A stretch of DNA of 64,000 nt from Amoeboaphelidium protococcarum X5. Its lineage: Eukaryota; Fungi; Aphelidiomycota. Positions 1 through 12,796 of this stretch are shown here, piece after piece (position 1 is the stretch's first letter; each line of letters begins with the position of its first letter). Below the pieces are notes generated by a model that saw only the letters and a program-made list of their open reading frames with translations, was not told where the DNA came from and did not search any database. The translations under genes and the position numbers were made by a program. Where the stretch lies: assembly GCA_023515725.1 (NCBI GenBank), contig JALDTO010000150.1:7621-71620 (forward strand), read 5' to 3'.

Positions 1-207
1 AAATCTCACCTTTCATACTAGGTAGATATTGAGTAAGATTAACACTGAAAAAAGTGTGTTAAAGTTAGCCAGAAGAAATGTGCTAGAAGAACAGGAAAGG
101 CGCGCGAGATATCTATACGCGTTTCATCGAAGGCAATAACGCGTGAGTAAGATAAGGAAGGACGAACAAGATATAAAAACATGCTGATACTACTATGTTA
201 ATGAGTA

Positions 208-1746
208 TCATTACTCCAACTTTGGTTTTGATGCAGATTTTGAGAGACCACCTACAATGTTGCCTTATGAGTCAGTCTTTACCTTGTGAACTATGAAACT
301 CATTTCAAGCACTAGCATCTCTGACCGCGACGCGTCATTATGATCTTCGTTATTCACCACGTCGATCATTTAATGTGAGGTAAATCTAAACTATTCCACA
401 ACTTCAAACGGATCGCCAGATTCTTCCAATCTCAACACGACAACATGGCCACTTTTAAACTGTAAAAGTATCTTCTGCTTGCTATACCACCTAGCATTGA
501 TGATACAACTGTCAACTTTACATAGGCTTTGCACTTCGTCAAGTTTAATACATTGCAATAAGGCATCATCTAGCTATTCATGCTTCAAACTGGTATTATA
601 AACTTGCAGACTTCCATCAGCAGAGAGTGTAAGTAGATATGAATTACAATTATTATAATCGACACTGACTACACAACTAGCATCACCAATACCTTGGTCA
701 TTCGTCCTTAATTTAAACAAAGATGTAAAATTGAGTGACTGAAGCCATGAACCTCTCAACTACGTATCATCTTCATCATCATTAACTTTGTACAATGGCT
801 GTAAGAATGGCTCTATCATAAGAGGTTTGAACACTTGAATATGATCTCTATAGTTAGTTCCAGCTACAGCAATCAATTGTTGATCAGACTCAGACTTAAT
901 TACACGTCCGCACAAGACATTCGATAGAGAGGCGACATTGAATGAGTGGTGATAAGCTATATTCTAACCGGCGTCTGCCTACTGCCTAGAATACTTTTCA
1001 AATAACACAGAAGATTTACCATCCAATTACTCGCTTTATCGAGCATACAAGTAGTAAAACTCTAATTTACCAGACAGAGAACCTAGCACTAACTCATATC
1101 TAAACCGACGCGATTAATACAATGATCTGCCATTTACATGAGGATCCATCCAGTCAATAAATACAATTAAACTGTCTCTATCAGAAGGCTTGTTTTATTC
1201 TTGAGCATTTAAATCAGAATGCTAAAGGTAAAACACCAGCTGTTACTGATCAACGTTAATGATATCGACAGAACCATCGCAATAACTTATGGCGAGCAAT
1301 TAACCATCAAAAGACCACTTCATTCGACGCAACTCTAAAAAGTTACGCTGAGGTGAGTGCACTTTAACTTCAAAACTCTGAGCACTATCTCTATCCCATA
1401 TTAAGACATGATCATCCATCAACACCGCCACATGCTAACCATTAGGACTCGTAGCGACTTGCCATTGAGTTTTGATACACAGACTCTGCGCCATCTACAA
1501 ACTTATGTCATACTATCGCGCTATATTCACCTCATTTCCCTCAATATTTATCTACTTTGTGCTAAGGCCAGTAAAATAATAAAGTAACAGCTATAGAGTT
1601 CGAAGTACAAGTCGAAACAACCATTAAAATCCAGAGACGGTAAGCTTTTGACTTTTGAGTTTACGGTTTACCAACTCTTACAATCTGCCCAAACTATCAT
1701 CTGGTCTCCATTCCGCTATTAATTCCTTATTACATAATTAGGCCAT
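208..1746 (-). CDS. NBAS-like N-terminal beta-propeller protein (stand-alone, no Sec39 domain)
   Basis: Open with UAR=Gln from ATG 1746 (frame open to ATG 1920) to TAA-TGA at 208. Motifs LCNKELIAEWRP, VATSPNGQHVAV, RRMKWSFDGQLLAISYCDGSVDII and YELVLGSLSGKL align by eye with the NBAS N-terminus. Confidence 0.6.
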
Positions 1747-2284
1747 ATCGGAAGTATTACAATAAAGCTTGACTTTAAACCGGTAGAATGAGTAATGAGA
1801 TGATAATGTTCTTACCACTCTATTGAGAAAAGGATGGACGCGATTCACGAAATCCATCGCTTTTCGGTCGCTTTGGTTTAAAGGCCAAAGTGGCGATGGC
1901 ATATCTTTTCTACTCATCATCAATATGAAAACGCGTAAAAAATATTATTTAAGAACTGCTGTGGTTTATAATCAATTACATAGCACTTCTAGCTAAAAGT
2001 CAGATCCTACATGATTACACATATAACCCCAGCTCTTCGATTTCTCCCACCCACTTGATCTCAGGATCTTGTGGTCCAACGCAATCAAATTGGGAAGATG
2101 AGAAATGGTTTGTATGATAGGACGCATGTACTTTAACTTGTTTATTATTATTGACAAAAACATTTCTATTTTCTTTATCATCATCATCCCTTTAGCTTGA
2201 AATTATCATATTTAATTAAGGATCTAATTCTACGCGTCGAGGCATAAGCAGACACGATTGAAAGACGCGTCAGATTTTACGATT

Positions 2285-3298
2285 TCATCGGGCTAAAGCA
2301 AGGGCCGTGATGATACATGCCAGTACTATAATTCCTAGGATGAAAGCTGTGAGCTAATATCTCTGAGTATACCAAGGACGACGCCAAGCCTTTGTAGAAT
2401 CTTCATATGAGCATGTGATATCACGAACAGATTCGAGCTTGTGCAAAGTGATTCTCTGGTTAGTCATCATTCGGTTAAGACGCTTCACCAAAGGTTAAAT
2501 GTCGTTTGAATGATGGCTCACAGAAATAATAGACTCAGCTTTTTCTTTATTCACCAAGGTAATAGCTGACTGGGTGTTATGATCAGCTTAAATGCCATGT
2601 GAGATCGCTTAATCCTGCTGCATTTATACAATATGCACTTGCTTAATGTCCTGATGGTGGGAACTCTTCTCAACTATTTACCGCTGCTACATTTTCTGTC
2701 TCCTTTACTCTTTTCTCTCATCTTCAGATAGCGGCAATTTGTGTTGGCGAATCTATTCAATAACTTTCAATCTCAAATGTTGAAATCGCTCGCATTACTC
2801 TTTAAATTGCTTTGACAGTCTTAGCTCTTGCTTCTTCATTTCAATGAGCTGAGGATCAATATTACGTATTATCGCCAGTTAATCTTGGCTAAAGGTAATC
2901 TTTTGGTGTCCGTCGCTCTTGATATCAGTAAGCTAGACTTGATCATCATCAGAGATGATTTCCATTGATATGCTCTCAAAATCGAGATTGTTCATGTCAT
3001 CAATACCAAGATCCAACTAAGCATCAGTCATTGCGGTGAGATCAATAACGCTGATGCTCAAATCTTTAATATTGGCAACAGTTTCAAGACACAGCTAGTT
3101 TACAGAATGTCGCATTTGAACAGAGTCTATCTAATCAGCTGCTCCTGTAAAAATACCGAATTTTGGCAGATTACTTTCAATTCTATCTATCTAAGGACGC
3201 AGTTTATTCGTTATGTCATACTGTGTTTATTCAAAGAGCTTCTACCATTTATTTTGGAATATTGAATCGGACAATTAAGTGAAATCTTGCTGTGCCAT
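2285..3298 (-). CDS. Divergent syntaxin-like (Qa-SNARE) tail-anchored protein
   Basis: 338-codon ORF (UAR=Gln). Habc-like TGAADQIDSVQMRH and RLSKQFKEQCERFQ, coiled coil, C-terminal TM AFILGIIVLACIITALAL before TGA. Confidence 0.55.
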
Positions 3299-3482
3299 AC
3301 TGACTTTACACTTATAATTAAGTTGTTTCAAAAGTTTAAAAAACAGCTGAAAGAAGTTGAAACAGAGATTGTTTGATCTCGGCAGTGATGATAAAAATAT
3401 CTCAGTCTACATGACTGCGGGAAATGTGGTTGAAACGATACTTAGATTACACACTATCAAAAGTAATTTATAATTCTTATTG

Positions 3483-3668
3483 TCAATTAGTCATAGACAT
3501 GCGACCATTGGTAGTCTTATGGTTTGAATTGTTTTCAGTAACTCCTAAAACATTCAAATCAGATTTCAGATATTGGGCACAGTCAGCTCCATCTTCCATG
3601 GCCACATCATAGTTAAATCCCAGAAAAAGATCTGGAATATCATAGATGTCGAGCTTTTCTGAGCACAA
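3483..3668 (-). pseudogene. Partial duplicate (C-terminal half) of the adjacent I9 inhibitor; relic or alternative exon
   Basis: YDIPDLFLGFNYDVAMEDGADCAQYLKSDLNVLGVTENNS is homologous to YTTPDFFLGYAYDVPKENGTASVIYLQSDPNVLLVENNS of 3791-4171. Preceded by TACTAAC...TTGCAG. Confidence 0.55.
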
Positions 3669-3790
3669 CTGCAATGTTAGTAGCGATATATTAATAAAAT
3701 GAAAGTCAATAAAACGAAAGCTAAAATAGTAAATCAAACTCAAACAGTACAAGGTATTCCATTTCAATCAATCAGCTTCATATTCATCAC

Positions 3791-4171
3791 TCAATAATAC
3801 GCTTCAACTCCAGTGCTCTAGATAGTGACAATCGAGTTGTTCTCCACCAGTAAGACATTCGGGTCACTCTACAGGTAGATCACTGAGGCTGTGCCATTTT
3901 CTTTAGGCACATCATACGCATATCCCAAAAAGAAATCCGGCGTCGTGTAATTATTAATCACGTAGCTACCAAACTTCAGTGTGATATTATACTGAGAGGA
4001 CTCAATATACGTCCACTGAGTGGTATTCTGAAATTGTACGATATAAGAGCTGTTGACAGAATTCTACTTGATATCTTCTTCAGTCCATGTGCGCGGAGGA
4101 TAACCTACCATTCCATACACTGCAGACACAACGATCAGCACTAACATGCATAAAGACTTGATGTGAATCAT
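3791..4171 (-). CDS. Secreted peptidase inhibitor I9 (subtilisin-propeptide-like) protein
   Basis: 126 aa. Signal peptide MIHIKSLCMLVLIVVSAVYG; I9 pattern YIVQF...FFLGYAY...LQSDPNVLLVENNSIVTI. Confidence 0.75.
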
Positions 4172-4499
4172 TTTTTCTAAATAAAAAATAATCAAATTCA
4201 ATCAACTAAAAGTGGTTACAGTAAAGGAAGAATAAAGTGGTCACGAGATTAAAGGAGGGGCCATTCTGATTCAGAGTCAGTTGATTGGTCCATTTTGGGT
4301 TAGGCCGCATTCGACTTTAACCAGTTTGAACACCTGTACCGCACTATGATTGATGTTGTCAAAAGTAAATTGAAGCTAAATAATACACGAGATTAAAATA
4401 AATTACAAACACAGTTTTACCTACTATAGTGAGTCATTAAACACCTTACAAATTTATTCAAATTACGATTCATACTTCAATTACAATACTTAAGAGCAT

Positions 4500-4814
4500 T
4501 CAGTTGATGGACATTACTTAATCCTGTTCGACAGAAGACACATCACTACGCGATTGCAGTAAATGCATCAACTTTATACCAATTTGATCATTACTTTCAC
4601 TCACACTTTCACCATTAAATGATGAGGATGTCGGAATGGTATAGCTGAAGCCGAGCAGAGATTCATACATGTGCGTGATAGTGGCCTGATATTTCTCTTT
4701 CAATTCCTCAGCAGTTTTTTTCACAGTTTCAAGAGGAGTATCAGATTTAAACATCACTATGAACGACTGTTATTGATTAGATTCTTGACTGTTTCCATCA
4801 AGTGGTGTATCCAT
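4500..4814 (-). CDS. Intracellular peptidase inhibitor I9 (POIA1/Pbi2-like)
   Basis: 104 aa. SFIVMFK...ITHMYESLLGFSY...DVSSVEQDQVMSIN; no signal peptide. Confidence 0.75.
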
Positions 4815-5278
4815 ATCAGCTAATTAAGATTACGTGTCAGCATCAGAGTCCGCTTAGAAAACAGAAGATTTCTTATGAGATGAGCTCAGCAATAACTCCT
4901 ACTGATCATCTTGCTTATTACCACTAGTGGCGTACAAAGCTACACCGATTAATGCCAGCAGTATCAACAGCAAATACATTGCTCGGCGAGCTTGATAACC
5001 ATTCGCCTATTTCAATTACTATCTGTCCAAAGGCTTATACCGAATCTGAGGCTTATTAATCATGATTATTGGTTTTGCAATAGCAATACGTCAAAGATTT
5101 AAATACTAATGAATAATTGCTTGTTTAACGATTTAAATAGCGACTTGATAAAAGCCAAGGAAGAGAGAAATTGAACTGCTCTGATTCGCTCGCAGAAAAG
5201 CTTGGAATTGAAGATCGTGTCTTTAACAATCGTTATAACGTCTCATCATTGTGCAATCGACATTTATATTGGAGCGAT

Positions 5279-6415
<1,137 letters not shown>

Positions 6416-7060
6416 CTCCGTGGTTTACCGAAGAAGCGCGTACTTTTCGTGACTTGGACATTGTAGTAGATTGAAAATCATGAAGTTTTCTGAAACGGAT
6501 GCGATGTGTTTGAACAGTAGTAGGGGGTAAAAATTTTTTTTATTATAAAGTTACAACACTGCAGTGAGTATATTTTTACTACTCACTACTATAATCATAA
6601 TATTTAAAAATATAGACGAATGCTGTTAAAAGCATTCACTCGAATATTCATCAACATCAGTATGGTAAGCTGACGCTTCTTACATTTATATTTGGTTAAG
6701 TAAATACATTATGTAGCAGCGCAATTTAGTGTCTTCATTGCATAATATTTGCGTTGTAAGCACACGCGTCGATCAAGTATCAACAGCTGACTCTGTGGGG
6801 CTTAAATGATCAACATTGTTTCAATTGCGCGCCTCTCTCATCATTGACATCTCGAATAGGCAAGTATCTGCAGTGTATATGCGCGCCTCTTATGGACATT
6901 GATTTCTTTCACTTTACGTGTTAATAGAGTATTCATCTTATTAACATATTTTATCTTCCTGTACTCCTGTTGGTGTCTCTGTTTGACTATTAGTCTTGGT
7001 ATATAGCTTCTCGTCTTGTTGCTATTGTATATATAGTCTGTCCACGGTGAAATCTTCATC

Positions 7061-7132
7061 CCTCCAATAGCTCATCGGTAGAGCGCTTCACTAGTAATGA
7101 AGAGGTCCTTAGTTCGATTCTGAGTTGGAGCA
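7061..7132 (+). tRNA. tRNA-Thr(AGT) with C1:C72 mismatch
   Basis: Cloverleaf; anticodon arm CTTCA-CTAGTAA-TGAAG; GTTCGATTC B-box; T-rich terminator follows. Confidence 0.88.
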
Positions 7133-7628
7133 TTCTTTCTTTTTGTTTGGTACATCATCATCCATATTCTGATATCTGTTTTGGATATATGAAGGCGTCT
7201 TTACTTTACAATCGATAGTGATGGCAATCCCTTGAAAAAATTTACATTGTGAAACATTCTAATATCGTCGACGAAAGCATTCATTTAGGTACATTGATCG
7301 AGCAGACTGAATTGCCGGTCAAATTCACTTGGACACGGTTCCCCATATGAGTTGTGCGGTAGGTACATCGTGCAAACGAGAGGCAGCACGCGTAGTCAAT
7401 CAAATCTCGTTGTTTTGCGTGGCAGCGTTTGATTGGGCAGGTAGTAACGTCGATTGCCCACGTAGTACCTCGAGTTTGTAATCATATGAACTAGAGTGTA
7501 TTTAAAAAATTACATCCGATAGCGTCCTTCTTCTTCTTACAATTATTTAATTTGGAAAAGAAGCATCATATCTTGTGCTAATCTTTCAATAACAATAGAC
7601 TTATAGAAAATCTTTCCATTTGATCAAT

Positions 7629-9944
7629 ATGAAAGTTGCATCTCAAATATCATTGATTGGAGCATTCCTGGCCTCGTTCAGTTTTGCCGCTGAAAGCACT
7701 CAAACTTATGGCTCCTTCTGGGGTGAATTCTCTGCCACTAGTAATCCTTTCCAGTGTCCTGGTGATGCCTATGTGACGCGTTTGAACGCTACTGTAGCTG
7801 ACAGAATCAGGAACATTCGCGTCTTCTGCTCTGACGGCACCGCGTCTCCTTGCTATGGCTCCTGCTAGGCAAACGACTGGAAATTTGCTCAGGGTGATGC
7901 TAAGCCAAACAAGGACACTCCGCTGATGATGACCATGTACAGCGAGTAGGGCTTCAACTCCATGGTGTTTCAGTACACCAACCTAGTGGAAACTATTCAG
8001 TCTGTCAACTCTGCTACTCAGCTCGTTGCTGCTGACAGAAATGGTAATCCAGAGGTGACCTGGCCATCTGTTGAAGATCAGCAAGCTAATGGTGGTACAT
8101 AGAAGATCATCACTGGCTTCAAGATCAAGAGTGGTTTGGATGTCAACATGATGCAGATAATGTATCGCGAAAACAAGACTGAGTAGTTTCACGGTTTAAA
8201 GATGCCTTAGCCACCATTCAAGCTGGTTGATGGTCCTGCAATCGATGGTACTCACGTGTATGGAAAAGGTGCTGGTGGATAATTTGCTGACAACTCCAAT
8301 CCTTTCATTTGCCCAAACAATGGCTATGTAACTGATGTTATCTCCAACATTGGCAGCCGCATCGAAAGCTTGGAGGTCAAGTGTTCTGACGGTTACATGT
8401 CTCAGTGTTTTGGTAGTTGCGACTCGTTGAGAGCTCTTCCTATGGCTGATGCCTCTCCGCAGTAAGACTCTCCTCAGAGAAGAATTATGACCGCTCCGCT
8501 GGGTTTCAATAAGGTTCAGTTCTATGCTGGTGATGTCCTTACTGCTATACAGTCTGTCAATGCTGTTGGTCACTATCTGTAGAGTGATGCTACCATATTC
8601 GACCATACTGCGAACACTTGGCCATCTCTCGATGATGACCGCAAGGATTCTAAGTAGAAAATCATTGTTGGCTTCCGCGTCAAGTCTGGTGAGGCTATTG
8701 ACTCTCTTTAGGTGGTTTATAAGATCAATAACACTGTTGCAGCTCCTGCTCCTCCTGCTACCAATCCACCATCTACTGAAGCCAATGTACCTGCAAAGGC
8801 TGTTCACAATCAGCCCGTCCCTGCGCCTGTCTACAAGGCTGCATCTGCCTCTCCATCATCTGACAGTGACAAGAAAGCGAATTCTCCGGCGTACAAATCC
8901 CCTGCTCCTGTCCCATCTCCTGCTTACCAGACTCCTTCTCCAACTCCATCCTAGGTGAAGCCAAGTCCTGCTTATCAGTCACCGGTGAATTCCCCTCCTG
9001 CTGGACACCCTTCCGCTCCAGCTTATAATAAGCCTTCTTCTCCTCATCCTGTGCCTGCGCCTGCTCATGGTCCATCCTCGACCACTCCTTGTCCTCCTAC
9101 TCCGACACCATCTCCAGCTCCAAAGCCTGCTTCACCTCAGCCGGCTCCACGCCCTGCACCTGCTACTCCTCATCCAGCTCCATAACCTGCTCCTGCGTAT
9201 AAGACACCGTCTACAACTACTCCTTGCCCTCCTACTGCAACTCCATCTCCTGCTCCTAAGCCAGCACCTGCTGCTCCACATCCAGTTCCATAACCTGCTC
9301 CTGCGTATAAGGCACCTTCCTCAACCACCCCTTGCCCTCCTACCGCAACTCCATCTCCTGCTCCAAAGCCTGCACCAGCTGCTCCACAGCCGGCTCCTGC
9401 TCACAACGTGCCAAGCTCGGCTGTCCCATGTCCACCAACAGCTGCGCCATAGTCTGCTCCAAAACCAGCACCTGCTGCGCCATAGCCTGCTCCTGCTGTA
9501 CCTGCCCCTCACCCAGTGCCTGCTCCATCTAATGCACCAAGTTCCAATACTCCTTGTCCACCGACTGCAAGTCCACAACCTGCTCCAGCTACCAGCGCTC
9601 CAGCTCCTAAGCCTGCAGCTTCCCCTGCAGCTCCTGGTTACGGTCAACCATCGGCCCCATCTCAGAAATAGGACATTCCATACTGCGATGAAGTTGATAC
9701 CACCAAATACACTCCTGTCCCAATCAAGGGCAGTGAAGCCAAGGCTCCTAATGCAACCACGTCTGCTAACACAACCTCCACCAAGAACGCAGCTGCATAC
9801 AAGACACCATCCCCTGTGGCGGTGAGTGAACTAGGATCAAGCATCGACTCTTCTTCAAGTAAGTCTTTGGAGGCTAGCAGCGCTGGAACTGTATCAGCAT
9901 CTCTGGTCATGGCAGTGGTTAGCGGTGCATTGCTCATGCTATGA
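7629..9944 (+). CDS. Secreted, probably GPI-anchored surface protein: two tandem jacalin/beta-prism-like domains plus Pro/Ala/Thr-rich stalk
   Basis: 771 aa. Signal peptide; duplicated ~170-aa domain (SNPFxCP..YVT..CSDG..S.C.GSC..GFN..IQSVN..TWPS..KII.GF..KSG); hydrophobic C-terminus SASLVMAVVSGALLML. Confidence 0.7.
9075..9620 (+). repeat. Coding imperfect tandem repeat, about five units carrying PCPP (STTPCPPT.TPSPAPKPAPAAPHP)
   Basis: Units begin near 9075, 9210, 9318, 9417 and 9543. Confidence 0.85.
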
Positions 9945-10580
9945 ACACTCTTTTAACACTCGGTTTGATGAATTTAATGACGTTAAGGTGAATTAAAAGT
10001 ATTAAGATTAAAGATTTAATAGCAGCATTTTGATACATTCAAATTCATTGTTAATCGCGTTTTCTACTTTACAGATATTCGATAGATTACGGAGACAGAG
10101 TGGCATGAATCTCCTCCACCGCTTTGTCTATTTCAATGGCACTCATTTTAGATAAATCAGGTGTAGAACTGAAATCTATGAGCGGATTAAATGAATCTTC
10201 GACGCGTCTTTAATTACCTTAAACGTCCTTGTATTGTGATTTGTCAATTTAAAATGGCCGTAGATCTCCTCCAGCCTATGTCATTGTCGTAGTGCATTAC
10301 GAAAATAGCGACTTTTTAGATTGAATTACCGGCAATTATTTTCGAATTATTTTGACACACTACACGTACTATTAGCTAATCATTAAATTCAATACGATTC
10401 ACTAGAGACTTTTGTTATTATTACAAGTCCGTCTTTATCAACATTTGAATTGAGTAACTGCTTAACGTCTCTGTCAGTGGACATCACTTCTTTTTCCTTA
10501 ACGCGCTGAATGCTTAAAAGATAAATTCAAATCAAATCCTCAATTTATAAAAGTGTTAGAAATAAGGAACGAGTAAAATA

Positions 10581-10937
10581 ATGAATCCGTCATTAATTCA
10601 ACTCCTGATCAAGGAAGACTCGTAGCTTTAAAAGTTTGCAAATGATCCCAGTATTGAGATTTTGATTAAAGATCTAGATGGTCGGTTTGATAAAACTGTG
10701 TCGTATTCTTTAGCTGAACTGTCCAGTCAAGATTATTCATAGTTTGATTTTAGTAAAGTCGATTGGTCCGCGCTGGCGACTAAATTGTGCGATTTCAGTG
10801 AAGATTCAGTGTCTTTCGATAAATCAGTCTTTAATGCGAAAATCTAAGTCCAGTCCAGAGCAGAGGAACTTAGTTAGTAAGATGATGGCGAATAGTAAAA
10901 AAAGATCAAGATCCGGTTCAATGTTAAAAAATAGTGA
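10581..10937 (+). CDS. Hypothetical protein (118 aa)
   Basis: ATG to TAG-TGA ORF with protein-like composition, convergent with ILV1; no recognised motif. Confidence 0.4.
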
Positions 10938-10949
10938 TCACATGTAAAC

Positions 10950-12620
10950 TCATTTTAGTAATGTTTTGTAGATTTCATTATCTGTAACTTCTACATAAGG
11001 ATAGCCAACTTTATAGAGAAACTCCTTGAATTTCTGATCTACACTTTCATCGTCTTGCGCGAGTGGCACTTGAATACCCACTAGAACTTTGCCAATGTCG
11101 CCACCATAATTTCGATAATGGAATAAGGAGACGTTCCAATCAGTGTTGAGACATTACAGAAATTTCCCCAGAGCTCCATTCTTCTCTGGAAATTGGAATT
11201 ATACCAAACGTTCCTAGAATCTGGCATCTTCATTAGGACAGCTTCCACCCACCATATATCGCAGGTGAGTTTTAGCAACTTCGTCATGACTGATATCAAT
11301 AGCGCGCATATTCTAACCGCTCAAGTGTTCTATAATAGTTTTAACGTCGTTCTCTTATCTTTGTTATGACAGTTAAAACGAGAGTATAATATGAGCATTG
11401 GACGAGTTGCTTTTGCGATAGCTAAACTCAGTGACACTTCGCGGATAGAGTTCATTATACAGCTATATGAAAGCACCGGGCCTCTCATCAATAGTGACCA
11501 AAAGCATCGCCTCTTTACGCTCTCCCAGACTTGCGCGCTCGGCCACAAATCGCAACCGATCAAAGTCCATATTGGCACCACTACAAACTCCCACCAGTCG
11601 TTATGGTTTATTCATCGTGGGTGACAACTGTTCAGATTACTCATTCAGCAAATACTTTTTCATTCCAGCCACACTGAGAGCACCGGCAGGTTCCAATACG
11701 GTTCTAGTATCGATAAACACGTCTTTGATGGCAGCACAAATCTCATCATTTGTCACCAAGATGACTCCGTCGATACCGGGCACTTGATCTGATCCTTAGC
11801 ATACGCGGAATGTCTCAGATCCAACCTTTTTAACTGCGGCACCATCAGCGAATAATCCAACACTACTCAACTCAGTAGGTGTCCCAATTTCAAGCGATTT
11901 ATGCAGAGAGCACGCGTCAATAGCTTCTACTCCATAAACTTTTACCTGAGGATGGATTCTTTTAACATAAGCGGTGATACCAGCTATAAGCCCTCCGCCT
12001 CCAACACAAACAAATATAGCATCCACATCTTCTAAATCATGAGATCTCTTACTCAACACTGGACACTACGCGTCAATCTGCTGCGCCTACTTCATAATCT
12101 CAACGCCCACAGTGCCTTGACCAGCGATTACAAATGGATCATCGAATGGATGAACAAGCACTTTCTATTACTCCTTCGCTATTCGCGCACACTCCTTCTG
12201 TGCTTCATTAAAATCCTCGCCGTGCAGGATAACTTGAATGAATTCGCCTCCAATACGTTTCACATTGTCCACTTTGATCGAAGGTGTAATCACAGGCATG
12301 ACAATAGTCGAGTGTATCTAGAGAGTTTTAGCTGAGAGCGCCACACCTTGTGCGTGATTACCAGCGCTACAGCATACGACGCCATTAGCCTGCTCCAGCG
12401 GTGACAAATGCTTCATTTTATTATAAGCGCCGCGGATTTTAAACGAGAACACAGACTGTAGATCCTCTCGCTTCAGCAAAATGTCATGTCCAAATCTCTG
12501 AGACAAACTATGCGCATACTACAGCGGAGTCTCCTGAGCAACATCATACACTTTAGATGTGAGTATTAGCTTTAAATAATCTATTTAATCTTCTTGAAGT
12601 AACGCGCCTTTAGTCATCAT
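10950..12620 (-). CDS. ILV1: Biosynthetic threonine dehydratase
   Basis: [19 protein letters not shown] (PLP lysine), [20 protein letters not shown]-terminal ACT-like domains; 556 aa, no intron. Confidence 0.96.
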
Positions 12621-12796
12621 TTCCTTAATAAAATCAAATTGCGTTAAATAAGACGATTAATGGTAAAATCTTAGCGTTAGGATTCAATAAGATCATAAGC
12701 TTGTTAACTTGTAAGGGCAATCACTAAAATGAAGTTTTTATATAAACTCTCAATATATTAACAAATTTATATTTAAATTCAAGGATTGCTAAAAAT

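Noticed and set aside
252-282. 31-nt GTAAAG..TGTAG intron that would extend the NBAS-like gene
   Set aside because: Shorter than all other introns, and the new frame stops at position 6 without recognisable similarity.
110-2270. ACGCGT (MCB-like) promoter elements
   Set aside because: The hexamer is also frequent inside coding regions; enrichment cannot be shown by eye.
8196-9825. Long Leu/His-rich and antisense ORFs in the track (also 22642-23106, 27129-27725, 31210-31776, 34066-34587)
   Set aside because: Alternative-frame or antisense shadows of real genes.
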